Below are positions 1-8,071 of a stretch of 64,000 bases of DNA, piece by piece. Numbering within the stretch: position 1 is the first letter of the stretch; the number at the start of each line of letters is the position of its first letter. This stretch comes from an uncultured bacterium (lineage in GTDB: Bacteria > Patescibacteriota > Minisyncoccia > UBA6257 > 2-01-FULL-56-20), in contig CAVRXN010000002.1 of NCBI GenBank assembly GCA_963725235.1, forward strand, positions 378,902-442,901, read 5' to 3'. The notes beneath the pieces were generated by a model. The model ran no database searches. It was not told the DNA's origin and saw nothing but the letters and a program-made list of their open reading frames with translations. The translations under genes were made by a program, and so were the position numbers.

Positions 1-1
1 G

Positions 2-1459
2 GATTATGATGCAAGTACGGCTGTTGGCGCGCCAACGCTTGATGGATATGTCTATAACAACACGGCAGATGCGAGTAGCGATGAATTTTTGTGTAAAGCA
101 AATATAGGTAGCGCAACGGCGGCCGTTAACACATTCCCTAATGGTAAGGTCTATGGCCTAGCGAACGCTACAAATTATAGTGTATCAATAGATTGTCCTT
201 CGGGGTCTAACCCCTCCGGAATTTCTTGTTCAACGACAGAATCTGCAGCAAATGGGGCAGCTGCGACCATCAGTGCAGCAGGAGCGCCACCTGTTGTAAG
301 CAACAGTAGCGTGGCAACAATTAACGTCATATGGGAAAATTCTTTAATTGATAATGATGCATCGGTTTTGGCTCAATCAATCCCAATTGTTCTCGTGGAT
401 GGAACGAGTGTTTGCAATATCGATTTATCCACGCCCAGTTTGGGATCGGAATATGCAGCTCAAGTTGCAAAAGGAAACAATGGATTCTTACAGCAAGTCA
501 TCACACATGAAATGGGCCACTGTATGGGTCTAAGTCATGCATCCACTCCTAATAGTGTTATGTATTATGATGCTTCATCCCAACCTGCTGGGGCTACATT
601 TACATCGGATGATAAAGCTGTTCTGGCAGATCTTCGCTCCAATACAAATATTCCGGTAACGTGCACGAGTGCCAATTTATTGGGATGGAGTTGTGAAAAT
701 CCAACGCAAATATTATTGCAGAGTCCAGGTACGAATGCGTATTCTTGCCAATCATGCCCAGACGGACAACTACCGATTGCAAATGCACAGGGTGCAGTGT
801 CATGCCAGAGTTGTCCTACGGGAAATTTTTATCAAGAAGTCACGACGAATAGTGACGGCAGTCTCTCAATTCGGAATGAATGTAATGATTCCTGTTCGAC
901 GACCGGTCTCTATAATGTCGTTGGGCTCAACTGTGTTTCGTCTTGTGGTATGAATCAAGTTGCAAGTGAGAATGGGTATCAATGCGAATGTGAACCGGGG
1001 ACGACATACGACATGCATTCAGCCAAATGCGTCGAAGGGGGGAGCTTGTCTAGCCCCGGTGGAGATTGCAATTCAGGATTTTTATCGTCGAGCGGGCAAT
1101 GCTATGCAACATCAAACGGAACCTCTACGAGCAATTTATGCTTCGAGTTGAGTGATGGCACGACACAGTGTAGTTGCGCAGATGGGTATGATCAGGAAGG
1201 GAACTCTTGCGTGCCAACCGAATCCTCAACTGAGCCCCCATCCGAAGGAGGCGCCGGCTACACGTGCGCGAGCGACGGATCTTGCATTGCGGTTGAGAAC
1301 GGCGCTACATATCCAGCCGACGATTCGACATGCAGCGATGCATGCGTCGCCGAAGCTTCTTATCCACAGTATTCCTGCGAATCAAGTGTTTGCACCTATA
1401 CAGGCCAAGGACCAAACTATTCAGATCCTTCATGTAACGGCGGCTGCAGCGGGGAATAA
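2..1459 (+). CDS. Secreted zinc metalloprotease (metzincin, matrixin/M10-like motif) with a long Cys-rich EGF-like repeat region; 5' end runs off the window
   Basis: The frame is open from nt 2, upstream of listed ORF 89..1459. HEMGHCMGLSH (HExxHxxGxxH) lies at 506-538, followed by an SVMYY Met-turn. Repeated C-x-x-C and C-x-C-x-x-G modules run from ~660 to the stop. Confidence 0.75.
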   Translation, partial: DYDASTAVGAPTLDGYVYNNTADASSDEFLCKANIGSATAAVNTFPNGKVYGLANATNYSVSIDCPSGSNPSGISCSTTESAANGAAATISAAGAPPVVSNSSVATINVIWENSLIDNDASVLAQSIPIVLVDGTSVCNIDLSTPSLGSEYAAQVAKGNNGFLQQVITHEMGHCMGLSHASTPNSVMYYDASSQPAGATFTSDDKAVLADLRSNTNIPVTCTSANLLGWSCENPTQILLQSPGTNAYSCQSCPDGQLPIANAQGAVSCQSCPTGNFYQEVTTNSDGSLSIRNECNDSCSTTGLYNVVGLNCVSSCGMNQVASENGYQCECEPGTTYDMHSAKCVEGGSLSSPGGDCNSGFLSSSGQCYATSNGTSTSNLCFELSDGTTQCSCADGYDQEGNSCVPTESSTEPPSEGGAGYTCASDGSCIAVENGATYPADDSTCSDACVAEASYPQYSCESSVCTYTGQGPNYSDPSCNGGCSGE

Positions 1460-1480
1460 ATTAAGGACTGAACCAAGGTG

Positions 1481-1553
1481 TGCCCCCACGAGGATTCGAA
1501 CCTCGGACAATCTCCTTAAGAGGGAGCTGCTCTACCAACTGAGCTATAGGGGC
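1481..1553 (-). tRNA. tRNA-Lys (anticodon CTT)
   Basis: Hand-folded 73-nt cloverleaf: acceptor GCCCCTA/TGGGGGC, T-arm CGAGG-TTCGAAT-CCTCG, anticodon loop CTCTTAA. Confidence 0.9.
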
Positions 1554-1686
1554 GTGCTTCGTATGAAGCGGCTATTGATTTCCGCTCCGTTAAAATTTAT
1601 ATCATTTTCGGATTTTTGTAAAATTGCCGAACAAAAAGCTTGCATAAAAATGGGAAATGATGTATGGTTTTCGGCAGGAGATTTAT

Positions 1687-2151
1687 ATGACCTTTTTGGA
1701 ACAGTGGTCAGACGAAGAGATAGAAGAGAAGTTCAACGTATATCATCTCGAGCTGAATGGAGAGGCAGCCATCGTAGAAGCTAAAAGGGTGAAAGTCCCT
1801 TGTGGCTCTTGCTGTGTCTTGCGTGCCGATTTCGGAGCGCCCCACCAAGCCTCCATCGGCTGTAGACTCGTACTCCAAATTGATGGTGACTTGCAAGAAT
1901 TGACCGTCCGCAAAATGCTGGATCTCGTGGTTGACTGGCCATTCCTCTTAGATGGAGTGATTCAACTCAGAAAGCGTTTCGTTGCGCGCATTTTAGAGCG
2001 GCGGGGTAAAATGCTTTACGTTCAGATGGAGAAGCATACGATAAAAACATTTAAGAAGATTATCACGCTTCAATCTTCTGCGTCTGGGGCGGGCGGTTCC
2101 GGAGTGCGAGAAATTGGGCCCAGGCTCGAAGGGCGTGCATCTTTCGTCTAG
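1687..2151 (+). CDS. Hypothetical protein (no recognisable domain)
   Basis: In-frame ATG at 1687 within ORF 1657..2151, with AGGAGA (1676-1681) 5 nt upstream. The gene lies between two minus-strand tRNAs. Confidence 0.35.
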   Translation: MTFLEQWSDEEIEEKFNVYHLELNGEAAIVEAKRVKVPCGSCCVLRADFGAPHQASIGCRLVLQIDGDLQELTVRKMLDLVVDWPFLLDGVIQLRKRFVARILERRGKMLYVQMEKHTIKTFKKIITLQSSASGAGGSGVREIGPRLEGRASFV

Positions 2152-2232
2152 TATCTTTTACTCGGACATGATCGAATCAGGCTGCCTGCGTTGCGGGCGG
2201 CCTATTTTATTTCTGTTGCGGCTTTTCGAATG

Positions 2233-2304
2233 TGCCCTCGGAGGGAATCGAACCCCCACTTACTGCTTCGAAGGCAGTCGTGATATCCATTTCACTACAA
2301 GGGC
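2233..2304 (-). tRNA. tRNA-Arg (anticodon TCG)
   Basis: Hand-folded 72-nt cloverleaf: acceptor GCCCTTG/CGAGGGC, anticodon stem ACTGC/GCAGT, loop CTTCGAA, T-loop TTCGATT. Confidence 0.9.
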
Positions 2305-2330
2305 ATCATGCTCATGTTACAATTATTCCC

Positions 2331-2984
2331 ATGGATATTGCAATCGTTATCTTCGAACTCCTCGTTCTGCTCTTTTCCGCGATCCTCCACGAGATCGCAC
2401 ATGGCTACATGGCCGAGCGACTCGGCGACGACACGGCGCGGCGCGCGGGGCGGCTGACGCTGAACCCGATCGTCCATCTCGACCCGTTCGGCTCGATCCT
2501 GATGCCATTGTTGTTGCTCTGGGCGACCGGCGGTGCATTCTTTTTTGCGGCGGCGAAACCGGTGCCGTACAATCCGCGTAATTTGCAGAATCCGCGCAGC
2601 GGCTCCGCAAAGATCGCGCTCGCCGGACCGGCAACAAACTTCGGCCTGGCGCTTATCTTCGGCATTATCGTCCGGATTTTAACCGTCGTCCCGGCGTTCG
2701 CCGCGAGCTCAACCGTCGCGACGCTCGCTGGCCTCCTCGCCCTCGTCGTCTACATCAACATCATTTTAGGAATTTTTAATCTCGTCCCAATCCCGCCGCT
2801 CGACGGCTCGCGAATACTTTTTGCCGCTTTGCCACAAACGCCGGCAACATTCCGTGCATTCTATTTCCTTGAACGTTTCGGCATCTTTATCGTTTTAATT
2901 TTTGTGTTCTTCGGCTTCCAATTGCTCATTCCTTTGATCCAACTAATTTTCACGCTGTTCACCGGACAATCGTTCGGAATGTAA
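2331..2984 (+). CDS. Site-2 protease family zinc metalloprotease (peptidase M50), polytopic membrane protein
   Basis: HEIAHG (HExxH) sits in the first hydrophobic segment and NLVPIPPLDGS comes later. Listed ORF 2232.. overlaps tRNA-Arg, so I moved the start to ATG 2331 (TACAAT 2318-2323, 7 nt upstream). Confidence 0.8.
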   Translation: MDIAIVIFELLVLLFSAILHEIAHGYMAERLGDDTARRAGRLTLNPIVHLDPFGSILMPLLLLWATGGAFFFAAAKPVPYNPRNLQNPRSGSAKIALAGPATNFGLALIFGIIVRILTVVPAFAASSTVATLAGLLALVVYINIILGIFNLVPIPPLDGSRILFAALPQTPATFRAFYFLERFGIFIVLIFVFFGFQLLIPLIQLIFTLFTGQSFGM

Positions 2985-3052
2985 TCAGCGTGCCGCGCCG
3001 CGGTGCGTCTGCGCCTCGCTATTTCGGCCTATTCGTGCTACATTAAATTTAT

Positions 3053-4372
3053 ATGAATCCTCCTCGTAGCGGCTTTCAAGGACTCGGCATCTCGCCGAGT
3101 GTTTTAACATTACTCGAGAAGCTGGAATTTAAAACACCGACGCCAATCCAGGAGCAATCGATCCCGCAAGCGATCGAAGGCAAGGATGTTATCGGTGTCG
3201 CGCAGACAGGAACCGGAAAAACTTTGGCGTTTGGCATCCCGTTGATCCAGGCATTATTAAAAAATCCTCGCGCCCGCGCTCTCGTTTTGCTGCCGACACG
3301 CGACCTCGCGCTCCAGGTTGAAGAGTCACTCCGAAAAATCGGCACACCGCTCGGGCTAAAATCCGTCATTATCGTTGGTGGTGACTCGATGAACCGGCAA
3401 GTTCGCGAACTCGCTCGTCGCCCACAAATTTTGATCGCAACGCCGGGCCGCATGATCGACCACTTACAACAGAAGACAATCAATTTATCCGATGTTCGCG
3501 TTGTCGTTCTCGATGAAGCCGACCGGATGCTTGATATGGGTTTTGCACCGCAGCTGAAACGGATTTTGCCGCTCCTGCCAACGGAGCGCCAGACAATGTT
3601 GTTTTCGGCGACGATGCCGGAGAGCATCATCGGCATGGCTCGAGCGTATATGAAGTTACCCGTTCGTGTCGAGGTAGCAAGGCCGGGGACTGCGGCGAAA
3701 GATGTTACGCAGGAATTATTTATCGTCGCCCAGCCCGAGAAGCCGCGCTTGCTTGAAAAAGTTTTGCAGGAATATCGCGGATCGGTTTTGGTGTTCGCGC
3801 GGACAAAATTCTCAGCGAAACGGATCGCCGCACATCTCCGTGCGCTCGGTCATCAGTCAGTCGAATTCCATTCCAACCGTTCTTTAAGCCAACGCAAGGA
3901 AGCACTCGACGGTTTCAAAAACGGCCGCTATCGCGTTCTCGTCGCAACCGACATCGCTGCCCGCGGCATCGACGTCAAAAATATCGAACTCGTCATCAAC
4001 TACGATCTGCCAACCGTCGCCGAGGATTACGTCCATCGCATCGGCCGCACCGGCCGTGCCGGTGGTTCTGGCCACGCGATCTCCTTCGCGCGTCCCGATG
4101 AGCGCCGTGACGTCCAGGCAATCGAGCGCCTGATGCGCTCTACATTATCAGTTTCACGTTTGCCGGAATTGCCGCCGATGCGACCGGGTGTCGTCGCGGC
4201 GCCGTTAGATCGACCTGACAGACCGATGCATCGCGGGGGTGGCTCCGGCGGATATCGAGGCGGTTCAGGTGGCGGCTCACGAGGGCCAAGTCGCGGGCCG
4301 GGTGGACCAAGTCGTTTCCAGCGTGGCGGCCCCAGCAGAGGACCGAGGCCAGAACGGAGAGGGAGGTATTAA
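3053..4372 (+). CDS. DEAD-box ATP-dependent RNA helicase with a Gly/Arg-rich (RGG-like) C-terminal tail
   Basis: Motifs AQTGTGKT, DEAD, SAT and HRIGRTGRAG are present. The tail reads GGGSGGYRGGSGGGSRGPSRGPGGPSRFQRGGPSRGPRPERRGRY. Confidence 0.95.
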   Translation: MNPPRSGFQGLGISPSVLTLLEKLEFKTPTPIQEQSIPQAIEGKDVIGVAQTGTGKTLAFGIPLIQALLKNPRARALVLLPTRDLALQVEESLRKIGTPLGLKSVIIVGGDSMNRQVRELARRPQILIATPGRMIDHLQQKTINLSDVRVVVLDEADRMLDMGFAPQLKRILPLLPTERQTMLFSATMPESIIGMARAYMKLPVRVEVARPGTAAKDVTQELFIVAQPEKPRLLEKVLQEYRGSVLVFARTKFSAKRIAAHLRALGHQSVEFHSNRSLSQRKEALDGFKNGRYRVLVATDIAARGIDVKNIELVINYDLPTVAEDYVHRIGRTGRAGGSGHAISFARPDERRDVQAIERLMRSTLSVSRLPELPPMRPGVVAAPLDRPDRPMHRGGGSGGYRGGSGGGSRGPSRGPGGPSRFQRGGPSRGPRPERRGRY

Positions 4373-4390
4373 TTTTTTATAATCTTAAAT

Positions 4391-4413
4391 GGATATCACA
4401 AATTGTGATATCC
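4391..4413. repeat. Perfect palindrome GGATATCACA-aat-TGTGATATCC
   Basis: 10-nt arms with a 3-nt centre, 19 nt after the helicase stop. No T-tract follows. Confidence 0.8.
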
Positions 4414-4427
4414 AAATTGTTACCGAT

Positions 4428-4452
4428 CCAAGGTCACAGAATGTGACCTTGG
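4428..4452. repeat. Perfect palindrome CCAAGGTCACA-gaa-TGTGACCTTGG
   Basis: 11-nt arms with a 3-nt centre and the same TCACA-N3-TGTGA core as 4391-4413. It ends 5 nt before a -35 box. Confidence 0.8.
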
Positions 4453-4457
4453 AAGTC

Positions 4458-4486
4458 TTGACGGAAACGTTTTTTCATATTATATT
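4458..4486 (+). promoter_or_regulatory. Sigma70-type promoter TTGACG-N17-TATATT for the response-regulator gene
   Basis: Hexamers at 4458-4463 and 4481-4486, followed by a ~30-nt leader carrying AAGGAG (4511-4516). Confidence 0.5.
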
Positions 4487-4523
4487 GGCGGCAGTAATCG
4501 AGCACGAGTTAAGGAGATTTATA

Positions 4524-4877
4524 GTGAAGATTTTATTAGTAGACGACGATCCTGACCAGCTACTGCTCGGCGTGATACGACTATCTCGAGATGGTAGATG
4601 GCAAGTCGAAACGGCACGAAATGGAAACGAAGCTCTTTTGAAGATTCAAACATTCGCCCCGGACGTACTCATCACCGATAACGAGATGCCTGTGATGAAT
4701 GGCCCCGAACTCATTCGGTGCGCAAAGGAAATAAATCCGAAGATACTGGCGATACTTCTCAGTGGACTTTCAAGCGTTCACGAGCTCGCGAGTAGTTGTG
4801 GCGCAGATGCGTCATTTCAGAAGCCATTCCGTTGGCATGAAATGCTTTTTCCGCTTCTGGTCAGTTGGGATAAATAA
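4524..4877 (+). CDS. Receiver-only response regulator (CheY-like)
   Basis: VKILLVDDDPD, acceptor Asp in DVLITDNEMP, LLSG and QKPF. The GTG start at 4524 is preceded by AAGGAG. The upstream part of ORF 4389.. covers the palindromes and promoter. Confidence 0.8.
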   Translation: MKILLVDDDPDQLLLGVIRLSRDGRWQVETARNGNEALLKIQTFAPDVLITDNEMPVMNGPELIRCAKEINPKILAILLSGLSSVHELASSCGADASFQKPFRWHEMLFPLLVSWDK

Positions 4878-4888
4878 GCGGCAGTATT

Positions 4889-4926
4889 GTCCGTTCAAGG
4901 ATTAAAACTTTGGACGGACGTTTTTT
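4889..4926 (+). terminator. Rho-independent terminator
   Basis: Stem GTCCGT..ACGGAC followed by GTTTTTT. Confidence 0.6.
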
Positions 4927-4935
4927 ACTGCAAAG

Positions 4936-4963
4936 ATAAAAAGGAGGCGACGAAAGTCGCCTC
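4936..4963 (-). terminator. Rho-independent terminator of the 4992..5339 gene
   Basis: GAGGCGAC-GAAA-GTCGCCTC stem-loop, followed on the minus strand by CTTTTTAT. Confidence 0.7.
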
Positions 4964-4991
4964 ATCTGTTGTTCCGTCCATCAATGCCAAC

Positions 4992-5339
4992 TTAAGCGGT
5001 CACTTTCAGCCGATCCAACCAATTGGCCGCAAATTCTCGCATAGCATCACCTTTCAGCGGTTCGCGCTCTGCGAAGATGATTGCATCATTGTATAGGCAA
5101 AGATGTCCGTATCTCTCGCAAACGCGAGCCATCCTCAGCGCGGAATTATCCGTACTGGAAATGATGGAGCTGTAGTAGACGATTCCAGGTTGTCTTTCCA
5201 TAACATCGCGGGGAAACGCCCATATCCCTGCGATAAGCTCGATACCCTTTTCCGCGGTAAGATCTACGATGGTTGGATACCAAGTAGTAAAGTGCTGCAA
5301 CGTAAAATTCTTAGACGGCAAATATATTGTTAATGTCAC
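4992..5339 (-). CDS. Hypothetical protein
   Basis: 115-aa ORF with a GTG start, directly downstream of the ABC-F gene and with its own terminator. No motif recognised. Confidence 0.5.
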   Translation of the reverse strand: MTLTIYLPSKNFTLQHFTTWYPTIVDLTAEKGIELIAGIWAFPRDVMERQPGIVYYSSIISSTDNSALRMARVCERYGHLCLYNDAIIFAEREPLKGDAMREFAANWLDRLKVTA

Positions 5340-5371
5340 GTGATGACCTCTTCCGGGATTGTAACAAATCT

Positions 5372-6847
5372 CTACAATTTCTCCAAATCCAGCACCTGAT
5401 CGATCTTGATCTGTTTCACGAATTCCGGCACGTGGCTGACGAGCACCATCGCGCCTTCGTAGCGATCGAGCGCTTGGGCGATGATGGGGATGTGGCGGAA
5501 GTTAATGTGGTTGGTAGGCTCGTCGAGGATTAAAAGCCCTGGCCGCTCGAGCACGAGCTTGGCGAATGCGACAAGGCCTTTCTGGCCTTCCGACAAAACG
5601 CCGACGCGAGCTTTTAACATTTCGGCGTTCATCAAAAATCCTGCCGCGGTCGAGCGCAGTTCCTGTTCGGTTAAATTTTTCCCACCGACATCGATCGCAT
5701 CCGCGAGCGTCTTATAAACCGTTTCATCAAAATTTAATGTCGAGAAATCCTGGCGGTAGTAGCCGATCCGGACACCTTTCGCTATATGTTCGCCGGTTGC
5801 GTGACCGCTCGCCAATTTTTCGAGGAGCGTCGTTTTGCCGATACCGTTCGGACCGGACAACAGCAAGCGCTCTTTTTTCTTGAGAATAATGCCGGCGTTT
5901 GGTAATTTTTTTGTAACCGGTTTGTGTGCCTTCATGATCGACACCGAACTCAACTCCAATATCGTCCCGCTAATATCATCCTGCACTGGGATCGCGAACT
6001 GCCGGATCGTTTTATCTTCCTGCCGAACCTCGACGATATCTTCTTCGAGCGAATCGATTTTTTCATTCATCTTCCGCGCGACGTCGCGCATGTGGCCGCC
6101 TTTTTGCGCGAAAAAGTTCGCCTGGTCTTTGCGGTGCTGAATATCTTTCTGCAAGCGGACATTTAACATGCGTTCACGTTCCAACCGCGCGCCGATTTCT
6201 TCGACGACTTTCAAATAGTCACCGGTGTACTGCTCGACTTTGTGCGTGAAGATGTCGAGGTAGAGGACGCCTTGCGTGAATGAGTTTAAAAAGTCGGCGT
6301 CGTGCGAGATGACGATGACGGTTTTCTGATAGTCCTTGAGGAACTGGGTTAGGTGCGCGATGCCCTGCTTGTCGAGATTGTTCGTCGGCTCGTCGAGGAG
6401 AAGAATGTCGGGATCTTGGATGAGTGCCTGCGCGAGAAGGAGGCGCGCCTGCTGGCCGCCGCTGAGCGCAGAAAGTTTTCGATCTTGCGGGACGACGAGA
6501 TGCACGACGTCGAGAATTTTCTCGATGCGCGGTTCGATGTCGTACACTTTCTTGCCCGGGAATGCTTTTTCGAAAAATTCACGGACCGTGAGCGTCAGTT
6601 CGTCGCGGGGGAGCACCTGTCGCGCGATCGCGATCGTCGAGCCCGACGCGATGTTGATCGCGCCTTCCTCCGGCCGCAGTTCACCCGTGATCATCTTGAA
6701 GATCGTGCTCTTGCCTGCACCGTTCTGGCCCATGAGCGTAATCTTCGATCCCTCGCGCACCGAAAAATCCGCCTCGGCGAGAATTGGCTTCTGGCCGAAT
6801 TCGAACGAGGTCTTATTGAAGCGGATGATGACGTTGGTGGATGGCAT
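5372..6847 (-). CDS. ABC-F family ATPase (two ABC cassettes, no TM domain)
   Basis: GQNGAGKST with LSGGQ, and GPNGIGKTT with LSEGQK. ATG 6847 (MPSTNVIIRF) is preferred over the listed 6877 because it gives the normal distance to Walker A. Confidence 0.9.
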   Translation of the reverse strand: MPSTNVIIRFNKTSFEFGQKPILAEADFSVREGSKITLMGQNGAGKSTIFKMITGELRPEEGAINIASGSTIAIARQVLPRDELTLTVREFFEKAFPGKKVYDIEPRIEKILDVVHLVVPQDRKLSALSGGQQARLLLAQALIQDPDILLLDEPTNNLDKQGIAHLTQFLKDYQKTVIVISHDADFLNSFTQGVLYLDIFTHKVEQYTGDYLKVVEEIGARLERERMLNVRLQKDIQHRKDQANFFAQKGGHMRDVARKMNEKIDSLEEDIVEVRQEDKTIRQFAIPVQDDISGTILELSSVSIMKAHKPVTKKLPNAGIILKKKERLLLSGPNGIGKTTLLEKLASGHATGEHIAKGVRIGYYRQDFSTLNFDETVYKTLADAIDVGGKNLTEQELRSTAAGFLMNAEMLKARVGVLSEGQKGLVAFAKLVLERPGLLILDEPTNHINFRHIPIIAQALDRYEGAMVLVSHVPEFVKQIKIDQVLDLEKL

Positions 6848-6981
6848 ATGTGTAGTTGGCCGGCACCGCGCCGGCATTATAAGAAAAAGCCCTTTCCGGG
6901 CGAGTTCAAGGATAGTTTAACAGGTTTTTAAGGATTTGGGTAGGGGAGAACAGGTTTAATAGATAGGTTATAATTAATTCC

Positions 6982-7260
6982 ATGGGGTACGTTACCACGT
7001 CGAATCCAACAATAAACCTTTTAGGCTTCCCAGTAGATCTTGGTAGTTTTCTGATAACCCTCGGCGTACTTATCCTTGTTTTTTTCTTAGTTCGAGAAAT
7101 TCTTTGCTGGTATTGGAAGGTTAATAAAATCGTAGAGCTTTTGGGAGACATCAAAGATAACACCTCGACTTCCAAGGCGCTTCTCCAAAGAATGATCACA
7201 GAACCTCAGGTGCCGGCGAAAACTTCGGAGGCGGCTCCCACTGATCAATCAAAAGTTTAG
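6982..7260 (+). CDS. Small membrane protein, hypothetical
   Basis: One clear hydrophobic helix (FLITLGVLILVFFLV). TATAAT (6969-6974) lies 7 nt upstream of the ATG. Confidence 0.45.
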   Translation: MGYVTTSNPTINLLGFPVDLGSFLITLGVLILVFFLVREILCWYWKVNKIVELLGDIKDNTSTSKALLQRMITEPQVPAKTSEAAPTDQSKV

Positions 7261-7458
7261 ATCAAAGGTTTTATGCCAAAAATTCAATCAAAAAAGATAA
7301 GAGCCGTCTTGCGACAGCTCCCGGTTTTACCCATGCTTTGACACTCAAGGATTTTAGAGCAACCTTTCGGATGGGACAGCTTTTCTGGTCTGTGAAGTCC
7401 CTTTACCTGTTTATTTTTCGTCGGACGCAGCAGGCACCGACTAAGAATCCGTGAAGTA

Positions 7459-7824
7459 CTATTTCTTGGATTCTACGGCTTGTCGAACCGTCTTGGCATC
7501 AAGACCGTACATCACCATGGTGGTTGCGATGAGCAAATGCAATGCATATGCGCCGCAACCATTACATTCGATGTGGCCATCTTGATCTAAGAAGAGAGGA
7601 CGACTGTTTTCCGTGTCACGGGCAACCAACTCATTGGCTACCGCAACAATGTCAGCAATGTTGAGGCCGCCGAAATTATCTTCGACGTAACGGACGCTTT
7701 TTTCAAAGCTCCGCATATCAACACCACAATCGAGACATCCTCCCAACTTCAATTCAGAGCCAAGCGATCGACCAAGGCCGAGTACTACCCAGTCTAAACC
7801 GGGCAAACCCTGTCTCGTCATCAT
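7459..7824 (-). CDS. Hypothetical protein
   Basis: 121-aa ORF in a low-GC stretch. No motif recognised. Confidence 0.45.
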   Translation of the reverse strand: MMTRQGLPGLDWVVLGLGRSLGSELKLGGCLDCGVDMRSFEKSVRYVEDNFGGLNIADIVAVANELVARDTENSRPLFLDQDGHIECNGCGAYALHLLIATTMVMYGLDAKTVRQAVESKK

Positions 7825-7893
7825 GCTGGATACAGGATAGCATGATATGTTTATTTTGTCAATATCAGTTTATGTAGGTTTTATGGGACTTAT

Positions 7894-7934
7894 TTATCCA
7901 CAACCTGTGGATATGTTGATTTTTCTGTGGATAA
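7894..7934. promoter_or_regulatory. Cluster of three DnaA-box-like 9-mers (two perfect TTATCCACA)
   Basis: TTATCCACA at 7894-7902 (+), TGTGGATAT at 7906-7914 (ATATCCACA on the minus strand) and TGTGGATAA at 7926-7934 (perfect on the minus strand). The first two form the palindrome TATCCACA-acc-TGTGGATA. Confidence 0.6.
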
Positions 7935-7943
7935 ATGTAGAAT
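7916..7943 (+). promoter_or_regulatory. Sigma70-type promoter TTGATT-N16-TAGAAT overlapping the third DnaA-like box
   Basis: Hexamers at 7916-7921 and 7938-7943. Confidence 0.4.
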
Positions 7944-7949
7944 ATAAAT

Positions 7950-8002
7950 GTAAGCTTTGGCTTACCCGATTTTGATCAAAACCCGCCTTTCGGCGGGTTT
8001 TT
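7950..8002 (+). ncRNA. Candidate ~50-nt small RNA (promoter to terminator, no ORF)
   Basis: Downstream of the TAGAAT box there is only ATG-TAA. A GTAAGC-tttg-GCTTAC hairpin is followed by the 7978-8002 terminator. Confidence 0.25.
7978..8002 (+). terminator. Rho-independent terminator
   Basis: AAACCCGCC-tttc-GGCGGGTTT followed by TTTTT. No plus-strand CDS lies upstream. Confidence 0.7.
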
Positions 8003-8056
8003 GATTTAGTTAAGTATTTGATTAGCAAGTATGGTTGATTATTGCCAATTTTTTGA

Positions 8057-8071
8057 TAAAATATCTGCATG
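8057..8071 (+). promoter_or_regulatory. -10 box abutting the start codon (TAAAAT-N6-ATG); possible -35 TTGATT at 8035-8040
   Basis: Hexamer at 8057-8062, ATG at 8069. Confidence 0.4.

Noticed and set aside
1152-1784. ORF 1152..1784 (+, 210 aa) and ORF 2114..2581 (+)
   Set aside because: Each runs across a tRNA gene and overlaps a better-supported CDS in another frame.
1775-1800. AAGGGTGAAAGTCCC resembles the RNase P RNA CR-I motif (GAGGAAAGUCC), in a region flanked by two tRNAs
   Set aside because: I found no matching P4 3' strand (…CGGCUUA-like) or other RNase P, tmRNA or SRP signatures on either strand within 1560-2230. An 8-nt match is expected by chance. An SD-preceded ORF covers the region. 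An Infernal scan would settle it.
4887-5096. ORF 4887..5096 (+, 69 aa)
   Set aside because: It begins inside the RR terminator hairpin, runs through the convergent terminator at 4936-4963 and overlaps the better-supported minus-strand gene.
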